Positions 26,917 through 35,934 of a stretch of DNA of 50,285 nt are shown here, piece after piece. The translations under genes and the position numbers were made by a program. Under the pieces are notes generated by a model. That model was not told the DNA's origin, did not search any database, and saw nothing but the letters and a program-made list of their open reading frames with translations. How positions within the stretch are numbered: the stretch's first letter is position 1; each line of letters starts with the position of its first letter. The stretch covers positions 1-50,285 of the forward strand of contig JBDSOU010000123.1 in the NCBI GenBank assembly GCA_039914625.1. The letters run 5' to 3'. Origin of the DNA: Bacteroidia bacterium. Its GTDB lineage: Bacteria; Bacteroidota; Bacteroidia; AKYH767-A; OLB10.

Positions 26917-27978
26917 TTACCTGTCTGCCCCCAATTTTGAAAACTTGAGAGGATTTGAATTAGCTGTGTCATACGCTTTCCTTTTATTAAAAATATCGCA
27001 GGCTACATAGATCGCTTCGCGAAATGAACTTTCAGAGGCTATATTTTTTCCGGCAATATCATATGCGACTCCATGGTCGGGCGAAGTACGCACTACGGGT
27101 AATCCTGCGGTAAAATTTACTCCGGATGTAAACGATAAAGTTTTGAATGGAACTAACCCCTGGTCGTGATACATGGCAAGTATCGCATCAAATTTTTTGA
27201 AAGTGGATGATCCGAAAAAGCCATCAGCAGAATAGGTGCCTATTGCCAGAATGCCATCATCATAAGCTTTCTTAATAGCAGGATTAATAATTTCCTCTTC
27301 TTCTTTTCCGATCAATCCATTATCTCCTGCATGAGGATTTAAAGAAAGCACAGCAATTCTTGGTTTGCGGATTCCGAAATCGCGCTTCAATGACTGGTTC
27401 ATGATTCCAAGCTTGGCAATTATTTTATCGGCAGTTATTTCAGAGGCAACATTTTTTAAAGGAATATGCCCTGTTACAAATGAAACATGCAAATTTTCGT
27501 TTACCATCATCATGAGGTAATTATTAGCATTGAAAAATGTACCGAGGTATTCTGTATGTCCCGCAAAATTAAATCCTTCCTGCTGAATGGTTTTTTTATC
27601 AATAGGCGCTGTAACGAGCACATCAATTTTCTTTTCCGCTAAATCTTTGCATCCAGCTTCCAGTGATTTGAAAGCATATTTTCCTCCTGTCTCTGAAGGT
27701 TTTCCTAACTCAATTTTTACTTCTTCTTCCCAGCAATTAATAAGATTTACTTTTTTAGAGTTTATTTCACTGTGATAACGAATGGTGCTGTAATTAAATT
27801 CATTAATTCCAAGCGCTTTGCGGTGAAAGGATAGTACTTTTGATGAGCCGTATATGATAGGAGTACAAACCTGGAGCATTACAGGATCTGAAAAAGTTTT
27901 CAAAATAACTTCCAAGCCTATTCCGTTGGGATCACCAATGGTAATGCCAACTTTTATTTTGTATTCTGTTTCCTGCAT
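26917..27978 (-). CDS. pdxA: 4-hydroxythreonine-4-phosphate dehydrogenase
   Basis: 353 aa. Motifs: ITIGDPNGIGLEV, GHTEYL, LNPHAGDNG, MYHDQGL, RTSPDHGVAYDIAG. Confidence 0.93.
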   Translation of the reverse strand: MQETEYKIKVGITIGDPNGIGLEVILKTFSDPVMLQVCTPIIYGSSKVLSFHRKALGINEFNYSTIRYHSEINSKKVNLINCWEEEVKIELGKPSETGGKYAFKSLEAGCKDLAEKKIDVLVTAPIDKKTIQQEGFNFAGHTEYLGTFFNANNYLMMMVNENLHVSFVTGHIPLKNVASEITADKIIAKLGIMNQSLKRDFGIRKPRIAVLSLNPHAGDNGLIGKEEEEIINPAIKKAYDDGILAIGTYSADGFFGSSTFKKFDAILAMYHDQGLVPFKTLSFTSGVNFTAGLPVVRTSPDHGVAYDIAGKNIASESSFREAIYVACDIFNKRKAYDTANSNPLKFSKLGADR

Positions 27979-28033
27979 GAATTAGTTTTCTGTAATCAGT
28001 ATGTTATTCGGATGATTAATTGAGTGGATTTAC

Positions 28034-29473
28034 TTATTTTGATGATTTATTTTTAAAAAAATCGAACATGAAACGAACCCCGATGCCGGTAGCATTTTTT
28101 CCGCGGTAGCTATCAGTGGATTTTACAAATGCCGGACCGGCAATGTCAAAGTGCATATAAGGATAGTTCACAAATTTATTGAGGAACCTTCCGGCAGTGA
28201 TGGCTCCCGCTGAAGGGCCGCCTACATTTTTCATGTCGGCAATGTCTGATTTGATAAGTTCATCGTACTCTTCCCAGAAAGGAAATTCAACTAACCGTTC
28301 GTAAACATGGTTGGCGCTGTCATTCAATTCTTTTTTGGTGCGGCTGTCAACAGTGCCCATGCTTACGATCCCATATTGTCCAATTGCAACGGAAGCCGCA
28401 CCGGTAAGTGTTGAAAATTCCATTACTAATTCAGGATCGTATTGTTTTGCATAGTGTAAAGCATCGGCAAGAATCATTCTTCCTTCAGCATCGGTGTTAA
28501 GCACTTCAACAGTTAATCCACTGTACATGGTTACCACATCGCCCGGAGTATAAGCATTGCCATCGGGACGGTTATCAGTTGCCGGAACCAAACCTATTAC
28601 ATGAATTGGCAGCTTTGCTTTTGCAATTGCATATAATGTGGCACCTACAATGGCTCCTCCTGCCATGTCGCATTTCATATAATCCATTGAGTTCAAGGTA
28701 GGCTTCAGGCTAAGTCCGCCCGTGTCATACACCACCCCTTTTCCAACGAGCACATAAGGTTTTTTATTTATTTTCCTGTTGGGCTTGTATTCCATCACAG
28801 TGAAAGTAGGTGGTTCGATGCTGCCTTGATTTACAGCAAGCAAACCTCCCATTTTCATGGACTGTATTTTTGATTTGTTAAAAACTTCTGTGGTGAACCC
28901 GGCATCTTTTCCGAGAGCCTGAAATTCTTTTGCAAGTTGAGTTGCGGTTAAAAATGATTGCGGTTCATTAACAAGATTGCGTGTAAGACAGGTGGCTTCA
29001 CAAACAACATTGAGCAGCGAAATATCTTTGTCAGAAATTTTTTTGCTTGCAATTTTTATTTCACTCAAAGTGTTTGCATCCTTCTCTTTATCTTTTTTGT
29101 ATTTAAGAAACTGGTAATTGCCAAGGCACATTCCTTCTGCGAATGCTAACAATTCATCCGTTAAATTTTCATCCATCAGCGTCACACTTTTGGCCTTTCT
29201 TTTATTGAGAACAGCTGCAACCTTATCGCCTGCTTTACGAGACAATTCAAGCACTTTGTTTTTATCAGCATTTTTATCAACTACATAAAGTATGATCACT
29301 CTTTTGTATTGATTTACTAAAACCTGCTTTGATTCATTTGCGAGTTCTTCTTTTACATAATCCGCTTCAGCAGTTGTAAGAAAAGAAGTGTTGAACTTTT
29401 TGATGTCTTTCGTAAAAATGACAAGGTGATCGTTTTCTGTAACTGATTTTGCCCTGCTGAATGATGTGTTCAT
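28034..29473 (-). CDS. pepA: leucyl aminopeptidase (M17)
   Basis: 479 aa. Motifs: VGKGVVYDTGGLSLKP, MKCDMAGGA, NTDAEGRMILADAL. Confidence 0.93.
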   Translation of the reverse strand: MNTSFSRAKSVTENDHLVIFTKDIKKFNTSFLTTAEADYVKEELANESKQVLVNQYKRVIILYVVDKNADKNKVLELSRKAGDKVAAVLNKRKAKSVTLMDENLTDELLAFAEGMCLGNYQFLKYKKDKEKDANTLSEIKIASKKISDKDISLLNVVCEATCLTRNLVNEPQSFLTATQLAKEFQALGKDAGFTTEVFNKSKIQSMKMGGLLAVNQGSIEPPTFTVMEYKPNRKINKKPYVLVGKGVVYDTGGLSLKPTLNSMDYMKCDMAGGAIVGATLYAIAKAKLPIHVIGLVPATDNRPDGNAYTPGDVVTMYSGLTVEVLNTDAEGRMILADALHYAKQYDPELVMEFSTLTGAASVAIGQYGIVSMGTVDSRTKKELNDSANHVYERLVEFPFWEEYDELIKSDIADMKNVGGPSAGAITAGRFLNKFVNYPYMHFDIAGPAFVKSTDSYRGKNATGIGVRFMFDFFKNKSSK

Positions 29474-29571
29474 TTATGTCTTAATTTTGAGGGGTTGAAA
29501 TTACTAAAAAGTTTAGAGTTTAAAGTTTAGAGTTTAAAGTTTCCCGATGAAAATCGGTATAAATGAGGTAA

Positions 29572-30696
29572 ATGAATAAAAATTCACTGTTAAATAAAGC
29601 ATTGCAATTTGATTTTCTTTCGAAGGAAGAGGGAACTTTTCTTTTTAAAAATGCAGGAACAAGCGAGTTAGTTTTTGTGGCGAATGAATTGAGAAAAATT
29701 CAGAAGCCTGACGGGAAAGTTACCTGGATCATTGATCGGAATGTAAATACTACTAATGTGTGTATTGCTAATTGCAAGTTTTGTAATTTTTACCGTATTC
29801 CCGGCCATCCTGAATCTTATATTACCACGATGGACCAGTACAAATTAAAAATTGAAGAAACTTTTCGTCTTGGTGGAGATCAATTGCTTTTGCAGGGAGG
29901 TCATCATCCTGAATTAGGATTGAAATTTTATACTAATTTGTTTCGTGAGTTAAAGTCGTTATACCCGAAGTTGAAATTACATTCGCTTGGTCCGCCTGAG
30001 GTGGCGCATATCTGTAAATTGGAAAAGATGTCGCATACTGCTGTGCTTACTGAATTAAAAGCTGCCGGGTTGGATTCCTTACCCGGTGCAGGAGCTGAAA
30101 TTTTGAACGACCGTGTGCGCAGAATGATTTCTAAAGGAAAATGTTCAGGCAAAGAATGGTTAGATATTATGCGGGCTGCTCATCAGTTGCATATTACTAC
30201 TTCGGCTACGATGATGTTCGGGCATGTGGAAACTATTGAGGAGCGTTTCGAACATTTGGTTTGGATTCGTGAAGTTCAAAATGAAAAACCTGCTGATGCA
30301 AAAGGTTTTGTTGCGTTTATTCCCTGGACATTCCAGGATGCCGATACGATTCTTTTAAAAATAAAAGGAATACACAACCACGTTAGCGCAGATGAATACA
30401 TCCGAATGATTGCCATGAGCCGTATTATGCTGCCGAATATTAAAAATATCCAGGCTTCATGGCTGACTGTTGGAAAAGCTGCCGCGCAAATGTGCTTACA
30501 TGCAGGAGCGAATGATTTCGGAAGTATTATGATTGAAGAAAATGTAGTGAGCGCTGCAGGCGCCCCTCACCGCTTTACTTCTGACGGCATTCAGGAAGCA
30601 ATTCGTGAAGCGGGTTTTGAACCGCAGCTTCGGACACAGCAATATGAATACAGGGAATTACCGGAAGTGATGGAACAGCAGGTGATTGAGTATTGA
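29572..30696 (+). CDS. mqnC: radical-SAM menaquinone (futalosine pathway) enzyme, MqnC/MqnE family; probably cyclic dehypoxanthinyl futalosine synthase
   Basis: 374 aa. The radical-SAM cluster motif is NTTNVCIANCKFCNFYR. GGDQLLLQGGHHPE, GAGAEIL and ATMMFGH are typical of the CofH/MqnC/MqnE clade. The choice of MqnC over MqnE is by recollection only. Confidence 0.7.
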   Translation: MNKNSLLNKALQFDFLSKEEGTFLFKNAGTSELVFVANELRKIQKPDGKVTWIIDRNVNTTNVCIANCKFCNFYRIPGHPESYITTMDQYKLKIEETFRLGGDQLLLQGGHHPELGLKFYTNLFRELKSLYPKLKLHSLGPPEVAHICKLEKMSHTAVLTELKAAGLDSLPGAGAEILNDRVRRMISKGKCSGKEWLDIMRAAHQLHITTSATMMFGHVETIEERFEHLVWIREVQNEKPADAKGFVAFIPWTFQDADTILLKIKGIHNHVSADEYIRMIAMSRIMLPNIKNIQASWLTVGKAAAQMCLHAGANDFGSIMIEENVVSAAGAPHRFTSDGIQEAIREAGFEPQLRTQQYEYRELPEVMEQQVIEY

Positions 30697-30724
30697 AGTT
30701 GAATGTTAAAATAATTTATTTTTG
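30693..30724 (+). promoter_or_regulatory. candidate promoter for the toxin-antitoxin pair
   Basis: TTG (30693-30695), a 21-nt spacer, then TATTTTTG (30717-30724), which fits TAnnTTTG. It lies 24 nt before the ATG at 30748. Confidence 0.35.
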
Positions 30725-30747
30725 TACTTCTGTAATCTTAAATAATT

Positions 30748-30984
30748 ATGACAACCACAAAGCTCAAAAGCGATTTGTTCAGGTTTATTGAGGAAATCAA
30801 TGATAAAAATATTCTTACAGCCCTTCGCAATGTACTTGTAGCAAAAGCACCATTAGGTAAGAAAGACTTCTGGGATGATTTAACCGAAAAAGAAAAAAAA
30901 GAAATTCTTCAGGGTATTCAAGAAATTGACAAAGGGCAGTTTCATTCGTTCAAAGAAGTTATTGCCAAGCATAAGAAAAAATGA
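30748..30984 (+). CDS. putative type II antitoxin
   Basis: 78-aa acidic/basic helical protein. Its stop overlaps the downstream toxin start by 4 bp (ATGA). Confidence 0.6.
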   Translation: MTTTKLKSDLFRFIEEINDKNILTALRNVLVAKAPLGKKDFWDDLTEKEKKEILQGIQEIDKGQFHSFKEVIAKHKKK

Positions 30985-31277
30985 CCCGCGAAGTTATTTT
31001 ATCTTCTATAGCAAAGAAAAAATTAGAACTGTTATTTGACTATCTTGAAAAAGAATTTTCTGAAAAAACAAAGCTTGGTTTCATTTCCAAATTAGAAAAA
31101 ACAGTCGGCCGAATTACTCAATATCCTGAAAGTTTTCCGAAATCATCAAAAGAAAAATCTGTTTACCGGTGTGTTATCAATCGTTATACAGTGATGTTTT
31201 ATCGTTTTAATAAAGAACGAATTGAAATTCTGACATTTTTTGATAACAGGATGGATCCGGCTAAATCACCGTACTAA
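30981..31277 (+). CDS. RelE/ParE-family type II toxin
   Basis: 98 aa. ...YPESFPKSSKEKSVYRCVINRYTVMFYRFNKERIEILTFFDNRMDP matches the ParE/RelE C-terminal pattern (R.....Y.i.Y.......i.I..i.h.r.dp). Confidence 0.7.
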   Translation: MTREVILSSIAKKKLELLFDYLEKEFSEKTKLGFISKLEKTVGRITQYPESFPKSSKEKSVYRCVINRYTVMFYRFNKERIEILTFFDNRMDPAKSPY

Positions 31278-31315
31278 AAAGAAAGGATAACTCTATTTTT
31301 GAGATTTGAAATTGC

Positions 31316-33130
31316 TTACAGCAAAATCATTTTTTTATTTACTTTCCCATTTTCTGTTTTCAGTTCAATGGTATAAATTCCTTTTGAAAAGGAGGAGAGG
31401 TTTATTTCTTCTGAATATTTTCCTTTGAAGTTACTGAGGGGTTTTTCGATCGATGATTTTCCAAGAGCATCTTTTATACTGATGGTGACATTTTCTTCTT
31501 CGAAAGAAGAAAAATTTATTTGAAATATCCCGTTATGTGAAGGATTTGGATAAACGGTAAAATCAGCAACTGAGCTGTTTATATTTTCAATGCCAACAGT
31601 GCTGTAGGTATATCCTTCAGAATAATTTCCATCACCTGTCACATTATGCACAGCAAGCACCTGGTAGGTTCCGCCTGTTACGGGTGCATAGGTTTGAGCA
31701 GTTGCACCGGATATTGCTAAGCGATTGAGAAACCACTGATAAGAATAATTTCCTGTGGTCATACAAGTAAACTGACCTCCGCCATAGGTTACTAACGGTG
31801 CGGGTGTGTTTGGCAAGACGGTTATGGTAATGGTTGCATTTGATATTCCGTTTGCCTGACAATAATCATCCTGGGCTTTTAATATAAAATAATATTTATT
31901 GCCAAGATAAACGCAATTGTAATTTAACCCGAGGTGGGCGGTGGTGGTTGTCCAGTGAAAATTGAGAAATGCATAATAAGGCGCGCTTACCGGAGGAGGG
32001 GGAGTCAAAGTTGCACAGGGAGAAATTAAACATCCTGAAGAAGTGCTTGTAAATCCTGCTCCATATTGTTGTCCAGAAGCATTTATTGTTATGTTTTGGA
32101 ATGAACTGGGAGGATGAATATCCGGATCGCTTGCAGGGAAAAGAAAATTTATTGTATCGCCTGCATGAACGGTTTTATCATACAATTGGTAGGGTACGCC
32201 TGCTGAATCGGGAAACGGAGGACTAATAACCGGGGGATAATTTAACGGATTACCTGCCACAGGAATAGTGCAGCCGCTGATAAGCACCACATTAATTTCC
32301 CGGTAAATTTCAGCCACTTTAGTTCCGCATTTGTAAGCATCCACTTCAATTACGGTTGCGTAATATCCTCCCAAAGAAGAATTAAATGCAATTTGTCCTG
32401 AGTGCCCGTCTAAAGTCGGGCTGCCCGGAACCTGACTGGTAATGGAATAAGGAGCACTGAAAGGAATATACGGTGTCCATGGGTAAGGAACATTATCAAT
32501 TGGCGCTGCCCAACTGTAATTAAGCGAATCTGCCTCGGGATCTATTGCAAGATGATTGTATGTAAATGGGTAACCGGTGCAGATGATTACCGAAGGCTTT
32601 TCGGCAAAAGCCGGGGAGTTATCTGAACACAATCCCGAAGCTTGCCCTGAAAAAGGAAACATTTTTGCTCTTAAAGCAAAACCTAAACTTCCGCCATTAC
32701 TGATATTAGCAAGTGATGCACTCCGGCAGCAATCGCCCCACCAGAATGCCCATCCACCTGCGGGAGGAACTCCGGTTAAAACAGTTGGTGCTGATGCAAA
32801 AATATATTCTTCGACAGCTCCTGCAGTAGCACCGGATGCGCCTACACAGGTTGGGCACGGTGCATTGCCTGTACCTGCACTTCCGTCAGGGCTGATGTCG
32901 GTTTGTGAAACAAGTGGCATTGCAATGGTGGGAACTCCGGCTACATTTGTTGATAAGCTTAATGGTCCGCTCGGTCCCGGAATACCATTACAATCCCTGT
33001 AAAATTTTAATTGGAAAATATAATTTCCTGTTCCGTCACACGTCCAGGTAATTTCACCTCCCATGCCATGGCTGGCGAAGGTTGAGTAAGAACTTAAAAT
33101 GACAATCAGGAATAGTATGGCTTTTTTCAT
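31316..33130 (-). CDS. secreted Cys-rich T9SS cargo protein (HGMGGEITW-type N-terminal domain)
   Basis: 604 aa with a signal peptide. The N-terminal ASHGMGGEITWTCDGTGNYIFQLKFYRDCNG resembles the H-x-x-GGE-x-T-[YW]-x-C domain of Bacteroidota gliding/T9SS adhesin-like proteins. CTD: FTVYPNPSHNGIFQINF...GIYTIEL. Confidence 0.75.
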   Translation of the reverse strand: MKKAILFLIVILSSYSTFASHGMGGEITWTCDGTGNYIFQLKFYRDCNGIPGPSGPLSLSTNVAGVPTIAMPLVSQTDISPDGSAGTGNAPCPTCVGASGATAGAVEEYIFASAPTVLTGVPPAGGWAFWWGDCCRSASLANISNGGSLGFALRAKMFPFSGQASGLCSDNSPAFAEKPSVIICTGYPFTYNHLAIDPEADSLNYSWAAPIDNVPYPWTPYIPFSAPYSITSQVPGSPTLDGHSGQIAFNSSLGGYYATVIEVDAYKCGTKVAEIYREINVVLISGCTIPVAGNPLNYPPVISPPFPDSAGVPYQLYDKTVHAGDTINFLFPASDPDIHPPSSFQNITINASGQQYGAGFTSTSSGCLISPCATLTPPPPVSAPYYAFLNFHWTTTTAHLGLNYNCVYLGNKYYFILKAQDDYCQANGISNATITITVLPNTPAPLVTYGGGQFTCMTTGNYSYQWFLNRLAISGATAQTYAPVTGGTYQVLAVHNVTGDGNYSEGYTYSTVGIENINSSVADFTVYPNPSHNGIFQINFSSFEEENVTISIKDALGKSSIEKPLSNFKGKYSEEINLSSFSKGIYTIELKTENGKVNKKMILL

Positions 33131-33158
33131 GAGAAATTATTTTGAACAAATATATGTA

Positions 33159-33478
33159 TAATTAGGGGTTGCTGATTAAGTCACAATCCTTTATCCTGCT
33201 TATTTTATAGGCAATTTTTATCTTTATAAATGCAAAGGTTTTTGGTAGATAGCTTTAAAAACCTTGCACCAAATTTTTATTAATGTGACCTTATTGACTA
33301 TCAACTTTTTTTACCTTAGTAGAAAACAAGCGCACACTTAACTCAACCTTATTACCTCTATTTTGCTGAACCATGATGATAAGCTAATAAGGTTTGCACT
33401 GGAGGGGGATTAGCTTTTCTACTAGGGTTGGATTACTAATTTATTGTATAACTTGACTTAATCAGCAGCCCCTAATTA
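33159..33478. mobile_element. MITE-like element, 320 bp with 25-bp terminal inverted repeats
   Basis: taattaggggttgctgattaagtca (33159-33183) compared with the reverse complement of 33454-33478, taattaggggctgctgattaagtca, gives 24/25. Sub-terminal inverted matches are also present (ccttagtagaaaa / ttttctactaggg; aaccttatta / taataaggtt). There is no ORF. Confidence 0.6.
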
Positions 33479-33575
33479 AGAAAGTGTGAAAGTGAGATAA
33501 GCAAACCAATGAATTTTATTCCCACGCTCTCACTTTCCCACTTTCCAGTTTTCCCACTTTCAATTTTATTTCATC

Positions 33576-33605
33576 TTGCCAGTGATTAAAATTCTTTTAC
33601 CTTTG
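33576..33605 (+). promoter_or_regulatory. candidate promoter of tRNA-Glu
   Basis: TTG (33576-33578), a 19-nt spacer, then TACCTTTG (33598-33605), a perfect TAnnTTTG. It lies 20 nt before the tRNA 5' end. Confidence 0.5.
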
Positions 33606-33625
33606 CACCTCTTAAAAAAAATCAG

Positions 33626-33697
33626 GGCCCGTTCGTCTAGGGGTTAGGACATCTCCCTTTCACGGAGGAAACACGAGTTCGATTCTCGTACGGGCTA
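33626..33697 (+). tRNA. tRNA-Glu (anticodon UUC)
   Basis: A 72-nt cloverleaf folded by hand. Acceptor GGCCCGT/ACGGGCT; D arm GTCT-AGGGGTTA-GGAC; anticodon arm TCTCC-CTTTCAC-GGAGG, with TTC at positions 34-36; T arm ACGAG-TTCGATT-CTCGT. Discriminator A; no encoded CCA. Confidence 0.93.
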
Positions 33698-33713
33698 CTA
33701 ATAATTTAATTAA

Positions 33714-33749
33714 ATCCTTGTAATTTAAATAATTACAAGGATTTTTTAT
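33714..33749 (+). terminator. intrinsic terminator after tRNA-Glu
   Basis: atccttgtaatt-taaa-taattacaaggat is followed by tttttt. Confidence 0.75.
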
Positions 33750-33937
33750 TTATACGGATAGAAAACTGGATATGGTTTTAAATTAATTAAGGATGTTAAT
33801 TACTTTTACTTTCGCTCAGGCAACAGGGTGCTGAGACACCAACAAGCCTTTTGATCCGCACACTTTCTTTCCGCTATATGATACTTCCGGTGTGAAATTT
33901 AAAAGGGAGTGATCACTTCTTCAAGTTTCCAATACAC

Positions 33938-34324
33938 ATGAAACAAGCATTAAAAACTAAACAATCGGTTTTTTATGCAGCTGTATTTGTTGAACTTTCG
34001 CATTTAAAGAATGAAATTGAAAATAGGATATCAGGAATAAAAGATTTACAGGTTCCATTTACTGAACATCTGTATTACTATCACCACTTTGCCGGAAAAT
34101 TTTCTTTAAAGAATATTCTGCATGTACTATGTCCTGATTTCTCGGGATATGAAAATCTTAAAATTCAGAACGGAACTATGTAGATGCAGAAATATGAGAG
34201 TTTGAATAAGTTTTTTGTAAATGAGCAGATTGAAACTAAAAAAGCGCTGATAGATTATTGCAATACGGATACCTATGCAATGGTAAAGATTTTAAATGTT
34301 TTGGTAAAAGTTTTAAAGGAATAA
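33938..34324 (+). pseudogene. C-terminal remnant of a DUF2779-like protein, interrupted by an in-frame TAG
   Basis: ...IKDLQVPFTEHLYYYHHFAGKFSLKNILHVLCPDFSGYENLKIQNGTM-TAG-MQKYESL...KKALIDYCNTDTYAMVKILNVL fits the DUF2779 C-terminal pattern as I recall it (DL..PF...YYH....GS.SIK.VLP.L.P...Y..L.I..G..A.......L..YC..DT.AMV.I). About 350 N-terminal codons are missing. Confidence 0.55.
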
Positions 34325-34415
34325 TTATTCGTGTAAGTTAAATGTTTCAATTCGGCAAGATAAGATGGTAACTTTTGGGCAATGACTTTACGGAGAAAAT
34401 TTTTTTAACCTGAAA

Positions 34416-35879
34416 TCATTTCAGTATAACCAATTTACCATTTGAAATATTTTTGTGATTTGATTTGAATTGCCAAAAATAAATACCGTTTGAAAAAAGT
34501 TCAGTCGAAAGTCTTTCGGTTTTTAAATAACCAGGAAAAGATTTTCTGATAATTTCCTGCCCGAAAGAATTGTAAATAGTCAGCAATGAAATTTGATTTA
34601 CTGAACTGTTAATGTTGATATTAAAAAAATCTTTAGCCGGATTCGGAAAAACAGAAACGCTGCTTTCATTTATTTCATTCTCCGGCATACTTAGCGGAGA
34701 AAATGAGCCGGTTCGGTATTTTACAGTTCCTGAATTATCATCTTCCCAAACAACAAAAATGTTTCCGTTTGAAAGAGCCACGTCAGCATTGGTGATGTCA
34801 TTCAAATCAACTGTATCATAGATTGCAGGAAAACCATTTGCAATATCATTTGTAAAAAGGAGGGGCAACTGGTCGAAGTTATTTATATTTTGTTTCCAGA
34901 CAATTGCCATTGCATTTCCTGATTGAGCAATGCGCGGGTAATTTTGTTGATTAAGACCTGAAATGTTTCCTGTCAATAACTGTGACGGTTGTGCTATTGA
35001 GTTACTGATTGAAGAAACGCTCCGGTAAACTCTGCTTGTTCCACTTGCTCCGTTCATAAAAACAGCATACAAACTGTCGCCAACAATTACTCCGTCAGGA
35101 CCTGTCGAAGGACAGGAAAAAAGATTCCAGTTATTCTGGTCAATGTTCCAACCGTTAGTAAATGACGTACCGCCATTGGTTGAAATACCCGCCCATGAAT
35201 CGCGGATGTTGCTTTTGTTATCGCGGTAAAGCATGGCAACATTATTTGCAGCATTCACAATTGAACCGGGGCAGCAATCGCAAACAGTTGCACCAACCGC
35301 TGACCATCCGCTTGCATTAACATCAGTTGAAAAAGTATTCCCATAATCATTTGATTTTGTAACTACCCATCGTGCGTTTAGAAAACCTGGGTCAAATTTC
35401 ATGAAACCAACAATTGGATTTCCTGTTGCATCAACTGTAACAGTAGGAAAACGTGAAACGCTGTCTGCAATGAAATCAACTTGAAACGGCATAGAAAAGT
35501 TCATACCTCCATCAAAAGAACGAACAATATAAATGTGACTGCTTGTATCCATTTCGGGAGTTTGTTTGAAAACTACATATACAGTGTCACCGGACGAAGC
35601 AATATCCGGACCCATCCAACTTGCTTCCGCGATTGTCATGGACATCGGGTTTAACATAACCGGTGCGTTGAATGAAGTTCCGCTCCATCGTGCAAACATG
35701 GCGCGCTCTGCATGACCCCACAGAACAAGTGGATTTCCTGAACCATCTGTAACAATTCTGGGATGTTCATTTCCTGAAGAAGACGAAGCAATGCTCATTC
35801 CCATGTTCCAGGTGATTTGTGATTTTGCTGAAATGCTAAATGTTACTATAAAAAGCAGGAGAGATATATTTTTTTTCAT
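34416..35879 (-). CDS. secreted BNR/Asp-box (sialidase-fold-like) beta-propeller protein with T9SS CTD
   Basis: 487 aa with a signal peptide. Asp-box-like motifs are SFDGGMNF, SNDYGNTF and STNGGTSF. CTD: VSVFPNPAKDFFNININ...GIYFWQF...GKLVILK. Confidence 0.8.
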   Translation of the reverse strand: MKKNISLLLFIVTFSISAKSQITWNMGMSIASSSSGNEHPRIVTDGSGNPLVLWGHAERAMFARWSGTSFNAPVMLNPMSMTIAEASWMGPDIASSGDTVYVVFKQTPEMDTSSHIYIVRSFDGGMNFSMPFQVDFIADSVSRFPTVTVDATGNPIVGFMKFDPGFLNARWVVTKSNDYGNTFSTDVNASGWSAVGATVCDCCPGSIVNAANNVAMLYRDNKSNIRDSWAGISTNGGTSFTNGWNIDQNNWNLFSCPSTGPDGVIVGDSLYAVFMNGASGTSRVYRSVSSISNSIAQPSQLLTGNISGLNQQNYPRIAQSGNAMAIVWKQNINNFDQLPLLFTNDIANGFPAIYDTVDLNDITNADVALSNGNIFVVWEDDNSGTVKYRTGSFSPLSMPENEINESSVSVFPNPAKDFFNININSSVNQISLLTIYNSFGQEIIRKSFPGYLKTERLSTELFSNGIYFWQFKSNHKNISNGKLVILK

Positions 35880-35934
35880 TTTGATTTTTTATTTTATGAC
35901 CAATGCGAAGGTAATGTATTTAGTTTATTAATCA

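Noticed and set aside
32577-33002. ORF 32577..33002 (+), 141 aa
   Set aside because: It is antisense within the 604-aa T9SS cargo gene. The long open antisense frame is explained by the Gly/Pro/Ala-rich codons of the sense gene.
33100-34420. An integrated prophage or ICE at the tRNA-Glu locus
   Set aside because: No integrase, no att duplication of the tRNA 3' end, and no phage or conjugation genes are visible. Only a MITE-like element and one gene remnant are present.
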